Shown here: piece after piece, positions 57,774-64,000 of the stretch
How the letters are laid out: the number at the start of each line of letters is the position of its first letter
How positions within the stretch are numbered: the stretch's first letter is position 1
NCBI GenBank assembly: GCA_050952085.1
Contig: JBMNKH010000002.1
Coordinates: 13,929-77,928 of the forward strand
Source: Bacillota bacterium
GTDB lineage: Bacteria > Bacillota > Sulfobacillia > Fermentithermobacillales > Fermentithermobacillaceae
Direction: 5' to 3'
Length of the DNA stretch: 64,000 nucleotides
The notes under the pieces: model-generated
Seen by the model: only the letters and a program-made list of their open reading frames with translations
The model's database searches: none
What the model was told of the DNA's origin: nothing
Position numbers and translations under genes: made by a program

Positions 57774-59033
57774 TTACCTTATTATCCTGCGGCCTTCAAG
57801 AAATTTGTCATGTAAGGATGCTGAGTAATCTGAATGGGAAGGATTAAAGCTGTTAATGGCTACACCTCCCGAACTCCCTGAATGGATATACCGGTAATCA
57901 CCGATGTAAATCCCTACGTGAGACGGGCCAGGCCTGTATGTTTCGAAAAACACAAGATCGCCCGGCTCAAGTTCTTCTATCAACTTCACCGGGGTGCCCT
58001 GTTCATATTGGAGGTCTGCGTCTCTCCTGAGGTGATAGCCATTCATCTTGAAACAGAATTGAGTGAACCCTGAGCAGTCAAATCCATAAGCAGTGCAGCC
58101 ACCCCAAAGGTAGGGAAGGCCGAGGTATAGCTCAGCAGTCTCAATAACGTCAGCAGCGGTTTTTTGTTCAACAAACACACTGTCCAGGTCCGGGAAAACC
58201 ATTGCACTGTCTGCCTCAACAAAGGTGCTGCCTCCGCCGGGCAAGCTAAGTTCAATCCATCCGTGGTCAACAGACGATACTGGCAGTACAGAACCTTGTA
58301 CCAACCACCTAGCGAACAACAGGCGTCCGTCAGGGCTGTCCAAAGCTTGCGTCATCTTAGCGGTTATCAGGGCAACCTCTCCCGACCAGAAAGTATCTAG
58401 TGAATCATGATCGTAAAGCGCGATACTTGCAGGGCTCACCCAACCAAGGTAATTATCTTGCATTTGAACCAGATACCAGCCGTCCTGTTGATCTAGGACG
58501 CGCACTATATCGCCCATTCTCGCCTGGGTAACTGTGCTGCTTCCTTCCGAGCGGCCGGGAGCTTCCCCAAGGTTTATCACGGGCTGTTTGACAATTCCAT
58601 ATGTCTTATCGCCCAATTCAGGAGCCGGCAAGACGGTAAGGCAGTCGCTTACCGTTATCCCAGGGATCTGGGAGATCGCGTCAAACAGGGACTGTTTCAA
58701 TTGTTCATCAGAAGTCTTGCCTGTCAAAGCTACTGTTCCATCCTCAACTCCCGGATCGATCTCCAAAACTGTCTCTCTGTAACACAGATTGGCTTCTTCT
58801 AGAACATCTTCTATGGCAGAGTTGACACTTGCGAGTATTTCATCATCGGAATAGGCAGGGGCGGGCTCGGAATGGGGAGGTTCAGAATGGGGAGGGGTAA
58901 CTTGTTGTGCCTGCGGCTGACACCCTGCTATCAGTACCACTAGGCCTAAGAACGCCAGAAGTAGCAGTCGCTCCAAAACGAGATACCTGAATCTCACGTG
59001 TTTCCTATGCCGGCCATTAGTGCAACAATTCAC
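57774..59033 (-). CDS. NlpC/P60 (C40) cell-wall endopeptidase lipoprotein with SH3b-like domains
   Basis: Lipobox LIAGC. The C-terminal C40 catalytic region has the Cys motif (DCSGFTQF) and the His region (HVGIYIG). The central region has SH3-like repeats. The start may be an internal GTG. Confidence 0.75.
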   Translation of the reverse strand: MNCCTNGRHRKHVRFRYLVLERLLLLAFLGLVVLIAGCQPQAQQVTPPHSEPPHSEPAPAYSDDEILASVNSAIEDVLEEANLCYRETVLEIDPGVEDGTVALTGKTSDEQLKQSLFDAISQIPGITVSDCLTVLPAPELGDKTYGIVKQPVINLGEAPGRSEGSSTVTQARMGDIVRVLDQQDGWYLVQMQDNYLGWVSPASIALYDHDSLDTFWSGEVALITAKMTQALDSPDGRLLFARWLVQGSVLPVSSVDHGWIELSLPGGGSTFVEADSAMVFPDLDSVFVEQKTAADVIETAELYLGLPYLWGGCTAYGFDCSGFTQFCFKMNGYHLRRDADLQYEQGTPVKLIEELEPGDLVFFETYRPGPSHVGIYIGDYRYIHSGSSGGVAINSFNPSHSDYSASLHDKFLEGRRIIR

Positions 59034-59116
59034 AAATAACTCCTCCTATTGCAGCCAAGAAATATCGGTTCGGAAGATTTCTGAAACTCGCCTGACTGTC
59101 CGATTCGGACTCTAGA

Positions 59117-59172
59117 AGTATATTGCTGAATGTGCTTGTTGAATGTGTGCTGAATGTGATCGTTGAATGTGT
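59117..59172. repeat. Four to five tandem direct repeats of TGAATGTG with 11-13-bp periodicity
   Basis: Copies begin at 59117, 59130, 59141 and 59154, plus a partial copy at 59165. They lie about 85-140 bp upstream of the NlpC/P60 gene start on its strand. Confidence 0.7.
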
Positions 59173-59976
59173 GTTGTGAATAAGTCTTCAAACTCTGGAT
59201 GGGCAGTCATGTTCAATTCTCTAGTTCTCCCGTCACGGGACAAACACCTTCTCATAGGGATCCAACTATATCCTATTGGGGTCTTGTCCTCATGATGTTT
59301 CTGATCGTGGTTCTAGGTGAAAAAAGCCCCCATACCCGCAAAAATACCCCCGCGCGACTCCTTATCCGGCTGATGGCAAGCAAGGAGCAAATCATAAGAA
59401 ATCAAGGCTTCCTGCAAAACGAAAAGGCGTTTTAGACGCATTTTAAGCCCTTTTATATGTGGGATAGGTATCTTAGGTCATGACACACCCAAACGAGCTT
59501 ATGGAGGGCTATGAACGTATTATAGCAGTTAGGGCCACTAAACAGCCCGTGCCGGCCTCGGGATCGCCCCGTTCCGGGCAACATGGAAGGGAAAACAGGG
59601 CCAAGCTCACCCAATAAGGAGACCAATCCTGTTTGATCCGGTTCCGATGATGCATCCGCCGGAGGCGCCCAGGGGACAGTGTGCGCTGGAAACAGCGAAG
59701 TTCGTTTTCAGCACCAGCCGGTTTCAGCAACGGTCTCAGCAGCCCTTCCCAGCAGGTGTGATGTCTCACGGAATAGGGGACTGGGGTGTGTTCCGGAATG
59801 TGTCTTGTGGAGCCGGGATTTTTCCATTCAACGTCCGATAATATACATTATGTTAACTAAGATCTTATCCAAGGTAGAGGCCTTATTCGGGCATGTGAAA
59901 AGCCCTGGATGTTATTCCGGGGCCATTTATGTCCAAACTGGTCTGATCTGAATGGACTCTAGTCGTGTAGTCTTTG

Positions 59977-60462
59977 TCAGTCTGAGAGTCCGAACGACTC
60001 CCAGAAAGCTTTGAAAGCTTCCACTGCTTGATTGTAAGCAGCTTCTTTTTCAGCTAATTGCTGTTCGCTTATCTCGCCGTCTCTATAAAGCACCTTAGCT
60101 AGTTCAAACTCAAGTTTCTTTATCTGGTATTCCTGCTTCATCAGAGTGCCTTCAATAGCGCCTATGGAGTTGCTGTAAGCCATCGACTGTTCACCCGGCG
60201 GCATAGAAACCTCCCTGAGCATGCCTACCCTTTCCATGGCGTTGGCCAGGGAAAATCTGGTATTGAAGGTGTAGCTTACATCCTCGTCAGGATGAACCGG
60301 CTGGAGCTCTTCTTCTATGGAAGGTTCCATGGCTACAGGCTCCTTTTGAGCTTGCGGTGCTTCTGTGGTGCATCCGGATACAGCCAGTGCCAGTACTACA
60401 AGGCAAGTTGTTAGCCAAAGCAAGTGCGTCTTTTTCAGCAGAATCACCTCCAAACTGGTCAC
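59977..60462 (-). CDS. Hypothetical lipoprotein (lipobox LAVSGC) with a coiled-coil C-terminus
   Basis: Signal peptide plus lipobox. No family recognised. Confidence 0.45.
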   Translation of the reverse strand: MTSLEVILLKKTHLLWLTTCLVVLALAVSGCTTEAPQAQKEPVAMEPSIEEELQPVHPDEDVSYTFNTRFSLANAMERVGMLREVSMPPGEQSMAYSNSIGAIEGTLMKQEYQIKKLEFELAKVLYRDGEISEQQLAEKEAAYNQAVEAFKAFWESFGLSD

Positions 60463-60502
60463 GTATGTACGACCCCAAGCTGGTGAGTGCGCTATTACAG
60501 TG

Positions 60503-60558
60503 AGACTGCCTGTAATCGTGCGTGCAGAATGTGTGAAGTCAATGATTACAGGCAGTCT
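60503..60558. repeat. Perfect 15-bp inverted repeat (AGACTGCCTGTAATC / GATTACAGGCAGTCT) with a 26-nt loop that contains GAATGTGTG
   Basis: Read directly from the sequence. It lies between the pyrE stop and the lipoprotein gene start on the minus strand. Confidence 0.6.
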
Positions 60559-60637
60559 GGCTTTGTGCCCGCCCGTCTCTAGTATTACCCTTGAAGGTTG
60601 GCTGAAGTCAGAGTGGTGATCGGATTTCCGGGAAGTG

Positions 60638-61309
60638 TTATTTCCCGCCCCTGGCCCTGGACCATTTATGTGGATCAGCGAGAAATCCTCTTACCATGTG
60701 CGCTGTATCAGGGCTGAAGTACCCGGTGCTTTCTGCAACCCCGACGATGGTAGGCCAGTCTGTAAGCCAAGACACCTTCACCCCAATTGAGCCCAGGGTT
60801 TTCTCGTACTCTTCATGGAACCCGTAGGATGCGATGGTGAACACATGGTTTACCTTAAGGCCTGCCCTTCTCAGGCCGTCTATGAAATTCACCTTGCTGC
60901 CACCGTCAAAAATCAGGTCTTCTACGAGAACTACACGTGCCCCGTCAGTGAAATTGCCTTCTACCATGGCGTCCTTGCCGAATCCTTTAGGCCTTTTTCG
61001 CACATAAAGCATAGGTAGCCCCATTTTCCAGCTAAGAAAAGCAGCGTACGGGATTCCCGCGGTTTCGCCCCCGGCAATAGCATCTATTTGCTCTTCAACT
61101 GAAGCTTGGACCAGTTCTTGTAGAAAGCCTGTTGCCTCCTCCCTCTCTGGCACAAACGAGATCAACCTGCGGCAGTCTATGTACACGGGGCTCTTGGTTC
61201 CTGAAGTCAACGTGAAGGGTTCTTCGGGCCTGGCTCCCACTGCCTCTATATCAATCAATATCTTCGCAGTTCTCTCTGCTATGTGTTTCCTGTCTATTTG
61301 ATTAGCCAT
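60638..61309 (-). CDS. pyrE: Orotate phosphoribosyltransferase
   Basis: FTLTSGTKSPVYIDCR, like the OPRTase FTLSSGxxSPYYxD motif. PRPP-binding VVLVEDLIFDGGS. About 220 aa. Confidence 0.7.
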   Translation of the reverse strand: MANQIDRKHIAERTAKILIDIEAVGARPEEPFTLTSGTKSPVYIDCRRLISFVPEREEATGFLQELVQASVEEQIDAIAGGETAGIPYAAFLSWKMGLPMLYVRKRPKGFGKDAMVEGNFTDGARVVLVEDLIFDGGSKVNFIDGLRRAGLKVNHVFTIASYGFHEEYEKTLGSIGVKVSWLTDWPTIVGVAESTGYFSPDTAHMVRGFLADPHKWSRARGGK

Positions 61310-62304
61310 GACGGAAGCTCCTCCCTATGCTTGTTTTTCAACCTTATCAAGACCTCTGCAAAATCTTCAGGCAAAGGTGCTGTAAATTCATGCCACTCGT
61401 CGAAACCATCGCCTAAGAACAAGCCAAGCTTAAAGGCATGGAGCGCTTGTCCGGACATGCCTAGGTTGCGTGTGGCCTTACCGTATACCGGGTCACCGGC
61501 CACAGGATGTCCCAGGTATGACATGTGGACGCGGATCTGATGGGTTCTGCCTGTATGTAACCTGACGAGCAGAAGAGTGTAATCGTACCCGAACCTTGTT
61601 ACGACCTTCCACTGAGTTACTGCTTCCCTTGCCCTGAGGCCCCTGCTTTGGGCCTCATCTATGACTGCCATACGTTTACGGTCGACCGGATGCCGCCCGA
61701 TTGGCGCATCCACTGTTCCTTGGTCATCTCCTAGGCGGCCCTTGCACAATGCGATATACTCCCTCTTGGCTTTCCTTGTTTTCATCTGGGCTTGGAGTTG
61801 TCTCAGCGCTTTCTCGTTTTTTGCAACCACCAGGATTCCGGTAGTATCCTTATCCAGCCTGTGAACAATGCCCGGACGTATTTCATGACCTACTCCTGAA
61901 ATCTGCGGAAAATAATTGAGGAGGGCATTGGCCAGTGTCCCACGCCTGTGTCCCGCTCCAGGGTGAACCACCGTGCCCCTTGGCTTATTGATTATGAGCA
62001 CGTTCTTGTCTTCAAAGATGATGTCCAAAGGGATCTCTTCAGGTTCCAAGTCCCATGTATCAGGGGGAGGAATCCTTACTTCAACAATGTCACCGGACTT
62101 GACCTTGAGTGAAGGTTTGGTTTCCTCCGTCCCATTGACACTAACCATCCCTTGCTTGATAAGGGATTGGGCTTTTGAGCGGGACATTTCCGGTTCTAGT
62201 GCCCGGGCAACGCAAACATCCAACCTTTGGCCCGAAAGGTCATCCCCTACGGCAAAGGTCTCGGCTTTCGCTATCTGAGGTTCAGAATCCTTACTGTATA
62301 TCAC
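61294..62304 (-). CDS. rluD: 23S rRNA pseudouridine synthase RluD (RluA family)
   Basis: S4 domain and the catalytic HRLDKDTTGILVVAK motif. It overlaps pyrE by 16 nt and lspA by 14 nt. Confidence 0.85.
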   Translation of the reverse strand: MIYSKDSEPQIAKAETFAVGDDLSGQRLDVCVARALEPEMSRSKAQSLIKQGMVSVNGTEETKPSLKVKSGDIVEVRIPPPDTWDLEPEEIPLDIIFEDKNVLIINKPRGTVVHPGAGHRRGTLANALLNYFPQISGVGHEIRPGIVHRLDKDTTGILVVAKNEKALRQLQAQMKTRKAKREYIALCKGRLGDDQGTVDAPIGRHPVDRKRMAVIDEAQSRGLRAREAVTQWKVVTRFGYDYTLLLVRLHTGRTHQIRVHMSYLGHPVAGDPVYGKATRNLGMSGQALHAFKLGLFLGDGFDEWHEFTAPLPEDFAEVLIRLKNKHREELPSWLIK

Positions 62305-62764
62305 CTGACTGACCTGACCTGTAAGTATGTATGACCAACACGATCCCCAGTATAATGCTGCCTGTGACTATGGCCGAATCAGCTATATTAAACACTGCCG
62401 GGAAATGCTTTACATAGATGAAATCGGTCACAGTCACCTGTCTGGCCCTGTCAATAAGATTTCCTAGAGCGCCCCCGGCCACAAGTCCAAGCGCCGGCAC
62501 CATGACCCTGTTATATGCGCCAAACGAGTTTAGCCTGGGATAGAGGCACATCGCCAGGGCAATACTCACGGCGCTTATGATCATAAACAGCCATCTTGCC
62601 CCTGCAAGCATTCCAAATGCGGCACCTGGATTCTCCCTGTAAACAAGTTGGAGCCAGTTTCCAATGATCTGAACAGTGTCGCCAACTGCGAAATTCGATC
62701 GGACAAACCATTTGCTTGACTGGTCAAGCAACACAACTACCACGAAAGGGATCCAAAAAGCCAA
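62291..62764 (-). CDS. lspA: Lipoprotein signal peptidase (signal peptidase II)
   Basis: Four TM helices, conserved NPGAAFG and FNIAD motifs. Confidence 0.9.
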   Translation of the reverse strand: MAFWIPFVVVVLLDQSSKWFVRSNFAVGDTVQIIGNWLQLVYRENPGAAFGMLAGARWLFMIISAVSIALAMCLYPRLNSFGAYNRVMVPALGLVAGGALGNLIDRARQVTVTDFIYVKHFPAVFNIADSAIVTGSIILGIVLVIHTYRSGQSGDIQ

Positions 62765-62934
62765 CTCCTCCGCCCTGCTTTCATCGTTTCATGTCTGATA
62801 CAATACAACTAACCTCTTACAGCATACAGAAGATAAAACACTGGAGGCAAGGGTTGTCTGTGGTCTTGGCGGCCCTTTTGCGGGCTGAAGCTCAATCTGT
62901 CCTTATCAGAACCGGGGTGTGTTTGAAATCGCTG

Positions 62935-63483
62935 CTAACTCAGGGGCGGTTCGTCCCCGGGTTCTTCGTCGTCACTCTTGCCAGGGAAATCCTGTCTCAT
63001 GACTAGTTCTTCAACAGGCCGCCTGCTAGGCGGCACTACCTCCTGTTTTTCTTTGCATGGAACACACAATTCAGCTTCGGGCACAGCTCTTAATCTTTCA
63101 ACGGGAATCGGTTGTTTGCAGCTGAGGCAAAAGCCGTATGTTCCATGCCTTATCCGCTGTAGCGCGCCCCTGACCCTTGCTATGTTGGTTTCAAGTCCGT
63201 CCTTAAGGCCCAGGTCCTTCCCTCTCTCAAAGGTTTCAGTGCCAAGGTCCCCAGGGTGCTGGTCGTAAGCTGAATCTTCCGCAAGGGATTGCTTTTCGCT
63301 CATTGAAAACGTTTTTTGTTTGATGTTTTCCATTCCTTGCTTAAGCCGTTCCAGCTCAGAATGGAGTTTGTTTTCGAATTCACTCACGTCAAAACCAGGC
63401 TGTTCAACAGTTGTGTCTATGCCCCATGCTTCGTCTTTATCATTTCTCAATTGCATCACCCTGCCCGTTCGATCTAATATCAA
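62935..63483 (-). CDS. DksA/TraR-family C4 zinc-finger protein (start possibly ATG 63454)
   Basis: C-terminal CLSCKQPIPVERLRAVPEAELCVPC four-Cys finger and an upstream coiled-coil region. Confidence 0.6.
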   Translation of the reverse strand: MILDRTGRVMQLRNDKDEAWGIDTTVEQPGFDVSEFENKLHSELERLKQGMENIKQKTFSMSEKQSLAEDSAYDQHPGDLGTETFERGKDLGLKDGLETNIARVRGALQRIRHGTYGFCLSCKQPIPVERLRAVPEAELCVPCKEKQEVVPPSRRPVEELVMRQDFPGKSDDEEPGDEPPLS

Positions 63484-63809
63484 GGTCTTGCCTTAAGGTA
63501 CTCTTGGATGATCCAAACCAATTCTCCAAGGAAATTGCCGACCAGCGGAAGATTGAGTACAAAACTCCTGGTCAGCACATATATGAGTGTGGCGCCTAAC
63601 AAGGTAAACCCGACGGCCAGGCCTACCCCTCTTGCCAGGCCTGCTATCAGGTTCACGTGTATAAGGCGCCACGGATGGTTCAAAAGATCTACGTATTCTG
63701 CGATTTTTGATCGTTCCAGGGAATCTGAAATCCGCTGTACTGTGTCTTCAAGGCTCCTTAGCCTGCTTTCTCCCGGATCTTCCCCGGCATGCCCCCGCTC
63801 TGCTTCCAC
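63480..63809 (-). CDS. Hypothetical small membrane protein (two C-terminal TM helices)
   Basis: 109 aa. Hydrophobic C-terminal half. Overlaps the downstream gene by 4 nt. Confidence 0.35.
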   Translation of the reverse strand: MEAERGHAGEDPGESRLRSLEDTVQRISDSLERSKIAEYVDLLNHPWRLIHVNLIAGLARGVGLAVGFTLLGATLIYVLTRSFVLNLPLVGNFLGELVWIIQEYLKARP

Positions 63810-64000
63810 GTCCGATACCCCGGTTGATGTACATGATGAGTGCCGGAGTTAGTGTTCCCTCTGTACATACGATGAATTCAAGCACAAGATGAGTACAAGC
63901 ATAGGGCTATAGTCCTATAAGCCAGGGCCATACCCGTACCCGAACCCGGAGTTTTGTCCGGTTTCAGATTCTGCCTCCCTGGCATAGGCAAGGGTTCTTC

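Noticed and set aside
59117-59172. CRISPR array
   Set aside because: The repeat unit is only 8 nt with 3-5-nt spacers and about 13-bp periodicity. That is far too short for CRISPR repeats or spacers, and no cas genes are present.
59034-59440. c-di-AMP (ydaO) riboswitch upstream of the NlpC/P60 gene
   Set aside because: The context fits, but I could not locate the conserved GGGGUGAAUC/ACGGGG blocks or the pseudo-two-fold architecture by eye. It is kept only as a suggestion for an Rfam scan, not called as a feature.
59640-59770. Possible SRP (4.5S/scRNA) or other housekeeping RNA in the long non-coding region (GGUGCUG and GGAAGGGCUGCUG-like strings)
   Set aside because: The order and spacing of the conserved SRP domain IV elements do not match on either strand. 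No tmRNA (no ...CCACCA 3' end or GGGG 5' end) and no RNase P P4 consensus were seen either.

Overview
This 64-kb window looks like core chromosome from an endospore-forming Firmicute (Clostridia-like, roughly mid-50s % GC by eye). The evidence is the set of sporulation genes (spoVS, spoVK-like, ymdB) together with RqcH, UPF0182 and MrfAB homologs. I saw no rRNA, tRNA, CRISPR array, transposase or integrase. Gene order, left to right:

- 1-6.4 kb: a sugar-acid utilisation locus. It has a GntP permease (3' end only), a LarA-family hydroxyacid racemase/epimerase homolog, an IlvD/EDD dehydratase, a DUF1893 protein, an OFA-type MFS transporter and an IclR regulator.
- 6.5-11.2 kb: a PyrR-attenuated pyrR-pyrB-pyrC-pyrK-pyrD operon. 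It lacks carAB, pyrF and pyrE. pyrE sits about 50 kb away, after lspA-rluD.
- 11-22.7 kb: RqcH on the minus strand, then a HAD hydrolase, an M20 amidohydrolase, UPF0182, asnS, a RodZ-like protein, a DacB-type carboxypeptidase and a polysaccharide deacetylase.
- 22.7-26.2 kb, minus strand: a DEAD/DEAH helicase with a C-terminal DUF1998 domain, followed by an RNase-H-like exonuclease. These are MrfA/MrfB (YprA/YprB) homologs.
- 26.3-37.6 kb: a cell-wall amidase, a membrane protein paired with a short FtsH-like AAA/M41 protease, then cinA-thpR-recA-recX, rny, an unknown ORF, ymdB, spoVS and a PHP phosphoesterase.
- 37.9-55.5 kb: ADP-forming acetyl-CoA synthetase, tRNA thiolation genes (ttcA, nifS, thiI), then miaB-mutS-mutL-miaA-hfq, a YHS-domain mini-protein, spoVK-like, hflX and ynbB.
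- 55.6-64 kb: lexA, divergent from an acidic Trp-rich protein and a two-LysM protein. Then an NlpC/P60-SH3 lipoprotein, a ~940-bp non-coding region with tandem TGAATGTG repeats, a lipoprotein, pyrE-rluD-lspA, a DksA/TraR zinc-finger protein and a membrane protein.

The observations most worth a second look:
1. The LarA-homolog sugar-acid cluster.
2. The lexA-adjacent acidic/LysM operon with no canonical Cheo box.
3. The MrfAB pair.
4. The short FtsH-like protease module.
5. The repeat-rich non-coding region upstream of the NlpC/P60 gene.

All calls rest on recognising protein motifs and sequence signals by eye. No database search was run. ORF-track coordinates include the stop codon.
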